Virus record (IMG/VR): IMGVR_UViG_3300033993_001993
Reading direction: 5' to 3' (one strand)
Source: a virus
Taxonomy: Duplodnaviria > Heunggongvirae > Uroviricota > Caudoviricetes
Length of the DNA stretch: 64,000 bases
Shown here: positions 1 to 8,703 of the stretch, one piece after another
Layout: each line of letters starts with the position of its first letter
Numbering within the stretch: position 1 is the first letter of the stretch
Notes under the pieces: model-generated
What the model was told of the DNA's origin: nothing
Database searches by the model: none
Seen by the model: the letters and a program-made list of their open reading frames with translations, nothing else
Position numbers and translations under genes: made by a program

Positions 1-368
1 GTTAATATACTTAAACATATTTTTTTAGTCGAGTCTATCGATTCGTATAATCTTTTGGTTTCATCAAAAAAGTTATCTACTAAAGAAATATCGTCAGGTA
101 AATAAATAAAATACTTTGAATTTACGTTTTTAACAAAACTAAAGGTTGCGTTGTATGTAACGTAATATTTCTTCTTACCCATATTTGGAAACATACCTAT
201 TTTAATAACATCTCTTCCTGACAAATCTATTTTTTCAGTCGACCCATCATCAAAGACCGCAACTAATATTTTATAATCTTTTTTATTACGATCAATATCG
301 TCCAATAACTTATAAAGCATCTCCGATCTATTGTAGGTTGTAATTAAAACACAAAAATCATATTCCAT
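1..368 (-). CDS. Glycosyltransferase family 2 (truncated at window edge; start codon at 366-368)
   Basis: Reverse translation gives MEYDFCVLITTYNRSEMLYKLL...KILVAVFDDGS...LPDD, i.e. the GT2 N-terminal fold motif plus a DxD-like motif. Not in the ORF track because it runs off the window. Confidence 0.5.
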   Translation of the reverse strand, partial: MEYDFCVLITTYNRSEMLYKLLDDIDRNKKDYKILVAVFDDGSTEKIDLSGRDVIKIGMFPNMGKKKYYVTYNATFSFVKNVNSKYFIYLPDDISLVDNFFDETKRLYESIDSTKKICLSIL

Positions 369-370
369 AA

Positions 371-991
371 TCATACCCCTAATATTGAATTACATTTATT
401 AATAAAGAATACATCTTTTTTACCGAACCTAGATTCAAATGCGTGGTACGTATTGTTACCATATGTTGTTCCATACCCAAAACTATGATTCTCATCAAGT
501 TTAACATTTGGTATTTCAGCGTGATTAGGAAATAATAAATTAATTGACATCTCATTTTCCGTCGCAATGTGAGAAAGTTCTCCAGCACAATCCGATCTGT
601 TAGTCGTATTGAAGGATGGTCTCCCTAACTCATTATATGTTCTTATACTAAAAACTAAGAATGATGGTGCCGCAAAAATAAATTTGTTATGTGGTGGTTT
701 TAATTTAGAAGCCACTTGAGCATTACCAAATAATCCAACGTTATTTTTAGCCCATTCAACTGCAAGTGGTATTATTTTTTTATTTAATGGTATTGCATCA
801 ATGTCAAATAAAACAATTATCTCTTCAGGGTCATATATGTCTTTCAAATAATTGTCAACCGCATCTCCGTGTGTTGTCCAATTCTCAACCATAATTTGGT
901 TAATTGTGAAACCATATTTATTAAAAACTTTTTGTTGTAAATCAACAACTAATGGTTTTATCTTTTTATCGTAAAATGTTATAATGTGCAT
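371..991 (-). CDS. Hypothetical protein inside the glycosyltransferase cluster, possible sugar-modifying enzyme
   Basis: 206-aa ORF with a 2-nt gap to its neighbours; contains FDIDAIP (DxD-like). No confident family match. Confidence 0.3.
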   Translation of the reverse strand: MHIITFYDKKIKPLVVDLQQKVFNKYGFTINQIMVENWTTHGDAVDNYLKDIYDPEEIIVLFDIDAIPLNKKIIPLAVEWAKNNVGLFGNAQVASKLKPPHNKFIFAAPSFLVFSIRTYNELGRPSFNTTNRSDCAGELSHIATENEMSINLLFPNHAEIPNVKLDENHSFGYGTTYGNNTYHAFESRFGKKDVFFINKCNSILGV

Positions 992-1737
992 TAACTTAAG
1001 TATTCATTAATATCTTTTATCCAACTTTCTTTTTGGGAGTATCTTGTATTTTTACCGGGGTTTTGATTTTTTATAAATGGAGTATCTTTCCAAAGTATTA
1101 AGAGATCTTTATTCATTGCACCAGCACAATGTGCTAATCCAGTATCGTTAGAAATAATCTTTTTAGCATCTCTCACTAATGATAATGATTTTCGGATATC
1201 ACCAATTTCAATTCTATCACATATCTTTTCCATCCAAGGATTTTGTTTCATATCTGATTCCGATCCCGTGAAATAAATTGGTAAGTTACTATTTTCTTTT
1301 ATTAGGTCGTATATCTCTTCAGGTACTTCCTTCTTTCCGTACCATTTTGGTTTCGGATCATTATCGTTAAGTGATAACCCACCCAAACCATTTAATAACA
1401 ATAAATAATCTCCGTTATTCTTTGGTATTTCAATTGCGGGATCAACATATGTGTGGTATTTGTCAGTCCATTTTTCACCAACCATTAATTCAAATGTGTA
1501 TTCGTAATCTGGAACATTTAGATTAATCATTTTTGAGGAGAACGTTGGTTCTCTTCGTAATTTACCTACGTGATTCATAAAATCACAATCAATAAAACAA
1601 TCTTTAACGTAAGGTATTGTGAAAAAAACATCTATTTTATGACCTACCTTTTCCGATAACCTTTTTATCCCTGGTGTTAACATTATAAAATTACCTAAAG
1701 CATAACCAGCGTTTTGTTCAATTAAAGGCATTCCCAT
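991..1737 (-). CDS. Glycosyltransferase family 9 (heptosyltransferase-like)
   Basis: C-terminal ISNDTGLAHCAGAMNKDLLILW resembles the GT9 nucleotide-sugar binding motif (NDSGPMHLAAA). Confidence 0.5.
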   Translation of the reverse strand: MGMPLIEQNAGYALGNFIMLTPGIKRLSEKVGHKIDVFFTIPYVKDCFIDCDFMNHVGKLRREPTFSSKMINLNVPDYEYTFELMVGEKWTDKYHTYVDPAIEIPKNNGDYLLLLNGLGGLSLNDNDPKPKWYGKKEVPEEIYDLIKENSNLPIYFTGSESDMKQNPWMEKICDRIEIGDIRKSLSLVRDAKKIISNDTGLAHCAGAMNKDLLILWKDTPFIKNQNPGKNTRYSQKESWIKDINEYLS

Positions 1738-1787
1738 ATCTTTTTTTATTATAACTATAGGAAAAAATTAATTTTAATAAATTGTTT

Positions 1788-2345
1788 TTAGTGTCTAATG
1801 TTATAATAGATCTCAGGTGCAATTATAAAATTGTTCGTGGTATTTTGTAATTTATCGACAAACTCAAAATCTTCACCATCGTCATTAGTGTCGAATAACA
1901 TATTAGGTATTGTAGTCTTAAACGATATTGATATACCAACTCGGTTTCTAATAAGATTGTTTCTTGAAAGTTCGGGAAATATCTTACCGTCGGTTGTTTT
2001 CATTCTCCAAACAACAAAATCATATTGTAAGTATTTTTCTACAAGTGTTTTAACATAATCTTCGTGTATTGTATCATCATCATCTAAGAATCCAATCCAT
2101 TCTGTTTCACACATTTTAATCCCTTCATTTCTAACTAACCCAGCATTTCCGTGTCTTTCCCCCTTTACTCCTAACTTTTCTATGTTGAATGTTCGTATTC
2201 TTGGGTCATTAAATTCTTTCCCGACAACTCCGTCGTAAAGAACAAAACAACTCCAATTTGGGTTAGTTTGATTAAGTAAGGATTGGATTGTATTGTCTAT
2301 TGTGGGTCTATTAATCGATGGTATTATAAATGTAATTAAATTCAT
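1788..2345 (-). CDS. Glycosyltransferase family 2
   Basis: N-terminal FIIPSINRP...LLNQT and a DxD motif GFLDDDD. Confidence 0.65.
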   Translation of the reverse strand: MNLITFIIPSINRPTIDNTIQSLLNQTNPNWSCFVLYDGVVGKEFNDPRIRTFNIEKLGVKGERHGNAGLVRNEGIKMCETEWIGFLDDDDTIHEDYVKTLVEKYLQYDFVVWRMKTTDGKIFPELSRNNLIRNRVGISISFKTTIPNMLFDTNDDGEDFEFVDKLQNTTNNFIIAPEIYYNIRH

Positions 2346-2352
2346 AAATGAC

Positions 2353-2655
2353 TTATTTTTTTCTCCCTTGACAATGAGCCTTCTGACTAAAACCTTTTGG
2401 GTTTTTACAATTTATTGATTTTTTATATTTTTCAGACCATTTTTCCTCAATAGGATCTTTAGATAATTTCTTCTTCCAAAACTTATAAAGATTTTCTTTG
2501 TCATATTTTTGTTCCTTCAGGTCCCAACCACAATCGTGGCAAAGGTATGGATGTCTATCACCCTCCTCTTTATTCCAAGAGTGTTCACATTTCTCACAAA
2601 CAATCTCGTCTTTGAATATTCTATCCGCCTGCTTTTCTGTTAGTATTATTTTCAT
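2353..2655 (-). CDS. Small zinc-ribbon protein, N-terminal MKIILTEKQ family
   Basis: CEKCEH...CHDCGW gives two CxxC pairs; likely start at the internal Met, which yields MKIILTEKQADRIF and removes the overlap with the upstream gene. Confidence 0.4.
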   Translation of the reverse strand: MKIILTEKQADRIFKDEIVCEKCEHSWNKEEGDRHPYLCHDCGWDLKEQKYDKENLYKFWKKKLSKDPIEEKWSEKYKKSINCKNPKGFSQKAHCQGRKK

Positions 2656-2656
2656 A

Positions 2657-2992
2657 TTAATCACAATTTCCATCTTCTTCCCATAAATTAACTAAATAAT
2701 TATAGTACTTATTATTTAGGTATGTTTCAACTTCTTCTCTAACCTCAATCATTTCATCAGAAGGTTCTCTGTAATCCTCATCATCTTCATCACAATAATT
2801 TTCATCACAATAATAAAAACTAATTCCTTGGTTTATACAAAAATCCGCATATTCTTCACCATCATCAAAATTACAAGGATCTTGTATTTCAGTTTGATAC
2901 TCAATTATATCACTTATTTTATCAAGTTCCACACCTCTTCGTCTGAACCTTAAACTCATCATTTGATTTTCACTTATTATTATTTTCATCAC
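2657..2992 (-). CDS. Hypothetical acidic protein, N-terminal MKIIISENQ family
   Basis: ORF with MMKIIISENQMMSLRF N-terminus and an acidic Cys-containing C-terminal half; ATGA overlap with the upstream gene. Confidence 0.4.
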   Translation of the reverse strand: MMKIIISENQMMSLRFRRRGVELDKISDIIEYQTEIQDPCNFDDGEEYADFCINQGISFYYCDENYCDEDDEDYREPSDEMIEVREEVETYLNNKYYNYLVNLWEEDGNCD

Positions 2993-3360
2993 CAGTTAAA
3001 GTCCTCTCTTGTATTTATTGAATTAAGTAGTTTTAACTTAAAGTTCCCTTTCCCTAAATATTCTCTCAAATGATATTCTAACTCATAGAGGAATCCACCA
3101 ACATCTAACGATTGAAAAATAGTTTCGTAATAAACAATAATCGATATTTCAATCATATTGTTTGTTTTATACACATTTACAACTTCAACTTTTGAAATTG
3201 ACTCTATTTGATCACAAACATCAAAACTAATAATCTCAGGGGCATCGGCGCCAAGTTCGTTCATCTTATTACATTTTTTTTTGATATCGTCAAATGACAT
3301 ATCAACCGTATTTTGAAATGTTATAGTTTTTAATTGTGATTCTGTAATTATTATTTTCAT
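2989..3360 (-). CDS. Hypothetical protein, N-terminal MKIIITESQ family
   Basis: The internal Met yields MKIIITESQLKTITFQN and an ATGA overlap (3357-3360) with the upstream stop; the longer ORF-track start at 3423 is less likely. Confidence 0.4.
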   Translation of the reverse strand: MKIIITESQLKTITFQNTVDMSFDDIKKKCNKMNELGADAPEIISFDVCDQIESISKVEVVNVYKTNNMIEISIIVYYETIFQSLDVGGFLYELEYHLREYLGKGNFKLKLLNSINTREDFNW

Positions 3361-3908
3361 ATCTCCACGTAATACACTAAAACCTTTATTCCCGTTCTCG
3401 GATATATTAATGAGTTTAAACAATCTTGTATAACTCCACTTACTTCACCCTGTATCTCAAATCCAACCTCATCATCATTCAAAGCATCTTCTAAAGATAA
3501 GTGTCTACCATCCATAGTGGTAACAGATCCCCCTTCTGATACTTGACACTCTATTTTATAAACATCATCTTTTACGTAAACATTAGTGATTCTCCAATCA
3601 AAGTCATACCCACCAACAAACATTTCAGGAAAATCTTTTGTTGAGAAGTTATTAATTGATAAGTTATCAATTATTTCCATAGTTTTTTCTTCTCCGCCAA
3701 TGTAATCATTGAAGAACTCACCATAGTCCCTAATATCCGTCCATCTATCTATACCGAAATAACCTAAGATATCTTCATCAAAAGTCGGGTAACCTTTCTC
3801 TTTAGTTTGTTTATCCCACATTTTTTTAAGAATTTCGGATTTACGAGTGGGTTTGTTTGAACTCTCAATCACCATTCTCATTTGAGATTCCGTGATAACT
3901 ATTTTCAT
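3357..3908 (-). CDS. Hypothetical protein, N-terminal MKIVITESQ family
   Basis: 183-aa ORF starting MKIVITESQMRMVIESS; ATGA overlap with the upstream gene. Confidence 0.4.
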   Translation of the reverse strand: MKIVITESQMRMVIESSNKPTRKSEILKKMWDKQTKEKGYPTFDEDILGYFGIDRWTDIRDYGEFFNDYIGGEEKTMEIIDNLSINNFSTKDFPEMFVGGYDFDWRITNVYVKDDVYKIECQVSEGGSVTTMDGRHLSLEDALNDDEVGFEIQGEVSGVIQDCLNSLIYPRTGIKVLVYYVEI

Positions 3909-4636
3909 TTTCTTAATGAATTGATTATCTCTTCTTGAAAGAAGTTGGTTATTTCAGGTTCGAGTCCATTTTCTTTTAAAATATCCTGTAATCTAACTTC
4001 TTCATCGAACACACTATAAAAGTCATAATCGGTTAGATAACCTCTTTTGTCTGTTGAGATAACCCCAAGGAATTCATCGCCCATATATTTTATCTCACCG
4101 AAGTAATTTATTTCCCCATCTGATTCATATTCTTCGGAAAACTCATAAGTTAAAGGAGTTCCGTGTCTTTCCCATCTAAATCTTTCACCCTCTCTTTCAT
4201 CTGGCATCATCTCTTGATCAAGATCGTAAACAAACTCTTCTGCGTTACCACCTTTATCAACAAAATTTTTAAACGACCTCATCATAGATTGTTCGGATGG
4301 TTTTAACTTTTCGCCTTCCTTAACTTTTTTGTATAAATCAAGAATCTGATCAAAGTTTTCATTTAGGGTTTCTTCAGAATTACCGTAATAATCTTTCAAC
4401 TGATCATTAAAAATATCTTCCATTGAATCCATTATACTACTATATATGTCCCAAAAATTATCTAACTCGTGGTCAGTATGTGACATATAGATATCTAAAG
4501 CCGAATCATATACTTCAGTAGCATAGTCTTTGAAGTCTTTATGATCCTCAACATTTATGAGAGATGTTGCCTCTTCAACATCACTTATAAGATCCTTATA
4601 TCTTCTTTTAACCCACATTTGCCCTGGTGTCATCAT
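3905..4636 (-). CDS. Hypothetical acidic protein
   Basis: 243-aa ORF, continuous with the operon, no family recognised. Confidence 0.35.
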   Translation of the reverse strand: MMTPGQMWVKRRYKDLISDVEEATSLINVEDHKDFKDYATEVYDSALDIYMSHTDHELDNFWDIYSSIMDSMEDIFNDQLKDYYGNSEETLNENFDQILDLYKKVKEGEKLKPSEQSMMRSFKNFVDKGGNAEEFVYDLDQEMMPDEREGERFRWERHGTPLTYEFSEEYESDGEINYFGEIKYMGDEFLGVISTDKRGYLTDYDFYSVFDEEVRLQDILKENGLEPEITNFFQEEIINSLRK

Positions 4637-5496
4637 ATCTGAATAGGTTTTTTAGTTTTATTATCGTAGATAGTAAAAGGATTTGCAATAATAACCCAAT
4701 CAACATAAGAGTAAGCATCTTTTCTATCCCAAGCTCTTTCTGAATTTTTAACCTGAATTGTTTTTGTTCCGTGAGTTGGGTGTGTCATTATTAGATCGGT
4801 ACCAAAAGTCATATCAATTAGATCACCATTACCTCCACTATATTCGGATTCAAACCCCATATCCTCTAAGGTTTCTTTAATTCTATTCTCAGCACTCTCA
4901 CCGATCGCACTTGCTCTTTGAATGTTTTTAGTATAATCCAATAGTACGTTAGGATCTTCAAAATACTTATCAACCAATCTTCCAATGTATGGTTTGATTT
5001 TTTTTAATCCTTCGGTTGGGTTATTAATGATAGATTGTATTGTGGGTTTAGCATTTTCACCACCTTTATAAATTAAATCCGTAATCAACTCAGAAAGATC
5101 CGAATAGTTGGTATTCAACTTATTAATTGGTTGCCATTCGCCATTTATGTAAACTAACTTACTTGAATTAACTTTGTTATTTATAAAGTATTCTTTTTGT
5201 TTCTCACTTATCTTACCTAATGATTGGAGTAGTTCCGCCCCCTTAATGAATTGTTGTTTCAAGGAATCAGGAACGTCTGTTTTAAGTTCTTCGGTTTTAT
5301 TGTTAATAATCCTTTTAAGTCCAAGTCCATCGTCTTTATGTAACCAGCTTTTTAATGATGCGATTTTTTTGCAAAGCAACATTTTTTGTTTGTTGTCCGA
5401 AAATCTCCCACACTCCATATACTCTGATTCGTTTAGAGTTTGGATCCTCATCACTTCTGAGATTCTTAATATCTCTTCTTTTATTAACTTTTCCAT
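4633..5496 (-). CDS. Hypothetical protein
   Basis: 287-aa ORF with 4-nt overlap to its neighbour. Confidence 0.35.
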   Translation of the reverse strand: MEKLIKEEILRISEVMRIQTLNESEYMECGRFSDNKQKMLLCKKIASLKSWLHKDDGLGLKRIINNKTEELKTDVPDSLKQQFIKGAELLQSLGKISEKQKEYFINNKVNSSKLVYINGEWQPINKLNTNYSDLSELITDLIYKGGENAKPTIQSIINNPTEGLKKIKPYIGRLVDKYFEDPNVLLDYTKNIQRASAIGESAENRIKETLEDMGFESEYSGGNGDLIDMTFGTDLIMTHPTHGTKTIQVKNSERAWDRKDAYSYVDWVIIANPFTIYDNKTKKPIQI

Positions 5497-5513
5497 TAAT
5501 GATAAATATTCAG

Positions 5514-6251
5514 TTAGAAGTTTAATGTAAAATTATGTTTTAGGACTTCCTCAACATAATTGTTATTGTGTGTAATTGTAATATCTTCATCATCTAAATT
5601 AATTAGTATCGACCCATTAGACCCTTCATTATTTTCCCAACCACCGTGAAACAAATCAATGACGTTGTAAGATATATCTTCCAATAGTGAATCCATTCTA
5701 ACTTCCCCTTTGTCAGTTTCCATAAAATCATTTATCCATCCTTCATCACCACTACCTTCATATGTTAACAAAATTTCATTACCATATTTAGTTTTTAATT
5801 CATTAATGAATTCCTTATCTAAAAACCTTTCACGTTTATTTGGGTTATTTTGACTATACCAAGGGTTAGGTATATTAGCTAAATCAACAAAAGTTTTGGT
5901 TACACTTGTTTCCTCAGAATTTAGTTCTGGATACTCATATGTCACAACAACTTGTCTATCTTGAGCATTAATCTCAAAATACAAAGTTCCAGTTTCGTTA
6001 TCATACATTTCATCATAAAAATTACTAGTGTCAAATCCTTCCACAATGTTGTCGAATAATTCTTCTATTGATTTAGGTATGAAACTTGGTTCATCAGTAT
6101 ACTTACCATTATAAAATGGTCCTCCTAAGTCATCCTCCCATTCACCGTCGTAATAATTTCTACTCCAACTTATCCCATCTTCTTCATTTAATGAGTTAAG
6201 TAATAATGAATATTTTTGTAGGTCTTTTTTTTGTATTTCAGTTAATTCCAT
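5514..6251 (-). CDS. Hypothetical acidic protein
   Basis: 245-aa ORF; TATTTATAA motif 13 nt upstream of its ATG. Confidence 0.35.
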   Translation of the reverse strand: MELTEIQKKDLQKYSLLLNSLNEEDGISWSRNYYDGEWEDDLGGPFYNGKYTDEPSFIPKSIEELFDNIVEGFDTSNFYDEMYDNETGTLYFEINAQDRQVVVTYEYPELNSEETSVTKTFVDLANIPNPWYSQNNPNKRERFLDKEFINELKTKYGNEILLTYEGSGDEGWINDFMETDKGEVRMDSLLEDISYNVIDLFHGGWENNEGSNGSILINLDDEDITITHNNNYVEEVLKHNFTLNF

Positions 6252-6275
6252 TCTGCTTATTTATTTATAAATACA

Positions 6276-6629
6276 TTAATCTTCAAACTCCAACTTTTTA
6301 GTTCTTGTTACCCAAGTAGGTCTCTCACCTGATATTAATATTTTCATCCACTCTGATGCCGAAGGAATGTGTCCGTCACAATCTTCTTTTACGTGTTGTT
6401 CCCCAACATATCTTGTGTAAACAATCTTCCCATCACTATTTATAAACTCAGACCCAAACTTTTGTTCCATTTCAAATATCCCCTCTGAATGGTGTCTGAA
6501 GGCTCTATGTAAGGAATGTCCGTACCAACCCTTACTCTCATCTAACCAATTGTGTAGATGTATATAATCTTCCCATTTTCCGCCAAACTTTTTGGCTGAA
6601 CTTTTTGAATGTAGGTTTGGATGTGCCAT
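6276..6629 (-). CDS. Hypothetical His-rich protein
   Basis: 117-aa ORF. Confidence 0.3.
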   Translation of the reverse strand: MAHPNLHSKSSAKKFGGKWEDYIHLHNWLDESKGWYGHSLHRAFRHHSEGIFEMEQKFGSEFINSDGKIVYTRYVGEQHVKEDCDGHIPSASEWMKILISGERPTWVTRTKKLEFED

Positions 6630-6910
6630 TATTTTCTTATTTTTGATGCACTTTCTAAAAAGTGTTTTATTGTTTTATTTGTTGATCCGATGTTATCGTC
6701 ATTAATTAATTCAGGGTTACTAAATTCCACCTCTTCAAGTAGTTTATGTTTAAGATATTTCTTATTACCTTCAATCTTAAACGTCCTACCATCCTCTATA
6801 AATAAACTTGGTAATTCAGAATTATAAATCCCATCAGGTGGGAACACTATACTATGGTGTCTCGCCAAATGATAAAACAAATCTTTATTTATTTGTGGAT
6901 TTTTTTCCAT
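6629..6910 (-). CDS. Hypothetical protein
   Basis: First in-frame ATG is at 6908-6910 (MEKNPQ...); the ORF-track start at 6925 is TTG. Confidence 0.3.
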   Translation of the reverse strand: MEKNPQINKDLFYHLARHHSIVFPPDGIYNSELPSLFIEDGRTFKIEGNKKYLKHKLLEEVEFSNPELINDDNIGSTNKTIKHFLESASKIRK

Positions 6911-6946
6911 ATTATAATTATACAATATTTATAACTAAAAGGGAAG

Positions 6947-7696
6947 ATGGCTTTAGATCAAAAAAAATACAAGATTTTTACAAAACAAATATACAATCAT
7001 ATAATTGACGATCAAGGTGAAAACTATCTTTTTAATCCTTCAAAAATTTACAAAGAAATCACTGATGATGAATTTCTACAGATTTTAACCCAAAGAGTTA
7101 CAAACACAGATAAAATTAGATTATCATTTATGGTTTATCTATATGATTTGGAGGGTGATGTTGATCAATCGGTTAACGATGTTTTAAATCAATTTACTAT
7201 TATTGAAAGTATGATCTTTAGTGAATTGGGTAGTGGATATTTTACGTGTCCCGAATGTCAGGGTAATGGAGCGTTTGATTGCAATGAATGTGACACTAAT
7301 GGTGAATCCACTTGTGATCTTTGTGATGGATCGGGTGAAGATGAAACTGGTGATCCTTGTTATGGATGTAATGGTGATGGGGGAGTTACTTGCGGTAATT
7401 GTTCTGGAAGTGGGTTAGAAAATTGTGATGAATGTGGAGGTTCAGGTGAGGTTGAGAGTGAAGATTTGTTTTGGGAAAAGAAACTTCTAATAACGTACAC
7501 TTTAAATGATGAATTAAGAAATTTAAAGTTAGGGACTTCATTAAGTAGTGAAGAAAGTGACGAAATAGAGAGTCCACCATCAATTAATCAAATTAAAATA
7601 TTAGATTCTTACGTTCCTTACAACGATCCTTTTCAAGAATATGATATAGATGAAAAAAACCCAGATTCTATCTGGGTTGTTATTTCAGTTCGTTAA
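6947..7696 (+). CDS. DnaJ-type zinc-finger (CxxCxGxG repeat) protein
   Basis: Six consecutive CxxCxGxG units (CPECQGNG, CNECDTNG, CDLCDGSG, CYGCNGDG, CGNCSGSG, CDECGGSG) as in the DnaJ cysteine-rich domain. No J-domain HPD motif seen. Confidence 0.5.
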   Translation: MALDQKKYKIFTKQIYNHIIDDQGENYLFNPSKIYKEITDDEFLQILTQRVTNTDKIRLSFMVYLYDLEGDVDQSVNDVLNQFTIIESMIFSELGSGYFTCPECQGNGAFDCNECDTNGESTCDLCDGSGEDETGDPCYGCNGDGGVTCGNCSGSGLENCDECGGSGEVESEDLFWEKKLLITYTLNDELRNLKLGTSLSSEESDEIESPPSINQIKILDSYVPYNDPFQEYDIDEKNPDSIWVVISVR

Positions 7697-8175
7697 GATA
7701 AAAACTTTAATTTATACATTGTTGAATAAATCAGTTCTTGTACCGTATCAATTTGATTTTGGATATAACTATCTTCAACGTCGTTTCTATTTTTATCAAT
7801 AACACTTAATAATTGTGTAAAGTAACTTAATACTTGTTTACCGCTTTTATAACCACTCATCTTATATGATTTATAGTTAGTCATCAAACCATACTTTCCT
7901 TGGTAAGATTCAACCAAACCGTCAGTTAATGCGTCAATACCTTCATAGTATTTTTGAAGTGCCTTGTGTTCAGAATATGATTTTGTTCCTAAATGAAAAA
8001 CGTGTACTTGAGTTTGTGATTGCAATAAATGACATATCATTTCACAAAAACCTTCATTAGTGTTAGATTCTTTTGAATCCTCTTCTTTGTCCTCTGTTTT
8101 ATCTTCTTCTTGTTCTAAAAGATTTCTTCTTAACAATTCAACCTTTAACTGCTCACTTAAATCAAATTCACTCAT
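7693..8175 (-). CDS. Hypothetical protein, possibly ferritin-like/Dps fold
   Basis: HVFHLGTKSYSEHKALQKYYEGIDALTDGLVE loosely resembles the Dps di-iron helix pattern (H..H.G..F...H....Y......D.L.E). Weak. Confidence 0.25.
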   Translation of the reverse strand: MSEFDLSEQLKVELLRRNLLEQEEDKTEDKEEDSKESNTNEGFCEMICHLLQSQTQVHVFHLGTKSYSEHKALQKYYEGIDALTDGLVESYQGKYGLMTNYKSYKMSGYKSGKQVLSYFTQLLSVIDKNRNDVEDSYIQNQIDTVQELIYSTMYKLKFLS

Positions 8176-8205
8176 AATATTTTTATTATAAATATCATCG
8201 ACTTT

Positions 8206-8703
8206 CTATTTGTTAATTAAATCTTTATCGGCAATCAAAACAAGGTCATCATTAAAGGATGGGTAAATTTCTTTTATTTTACCATATATCTCAGGATAGT
8301 CAGACCAAACTTTCACCCCCTCGTTCTCAGGACTATAATCATTATCAACTAAGTACTGAACAATAGTATTGTCTTCTATAGTGATAAATCCGTGGGCGAA
8401 GTATCTTGGTACATATATCTCATCACCTTCGTTCATCTCAAAGAAAAATACTTTATTATAATCTTCAGATACCCATCTAAGATCCACCACAAAGTCCAAT
8501 ATCTTACCACCAATGACTTTTATTAGTTTGGCTTGAGCGTACTCGTCCTTTTGAAAGTGCAACCCCCTTAACGTAAATTTCTGGGGGTTGACACTTACAT
8601 TACTTTGAACCCAATTCTTATCTAACTTAGTAAGATCTAACGGACTAAAGGTTCCTCTTTTATCCATAAAAATTCTATTCTCAACTAAATGTGCCTTTTC
8701 CAT
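8206..8703 (-). CDS. rmlC: dTDP-4-dehydrorhamnose 3,5-epimerase-like cupin (RmlC family)
   Basis: RGLHFQ...YAQAKLIKVIGGKILDFVVDLR and YFAHGF match the RmlC signature blocks. Confidence 0.7.
   Translation of the reverse strand: MEKAHLVENRIFMDKRGTFSPLDLTKLDKNWVQSNVSVNPQKFTLRGLHFQKDEYAQAKLIKVIGGKILDFVVDLRWVSEDYNKVFFFEMNEGDEIYVPRYFAHGFITIEDNTIVQYLVDNDYSPENEGVKVWSDYPEIYGKIKEIYPSFNDDLVLIADKDLINK

Noticed and set aside
1831-2058. Numerous 60-120-aa ORFs on the strand opposite to long genes (e.g. 1831..2058+, 5174..5530+, 12919..13489, 22532..22910, 24364..24729+, 25858..26103+, 31671..32057+, 41808..42230+, 59707..59934-).
   Set aside because: They lie wholly inside longer, better-supported ORFs on the other strand and show low-complexity or repeat-shadow translations. 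The 24364 and 25858 ORFs are antisense shadows of the tandem repeats. They are treated as non-coding.
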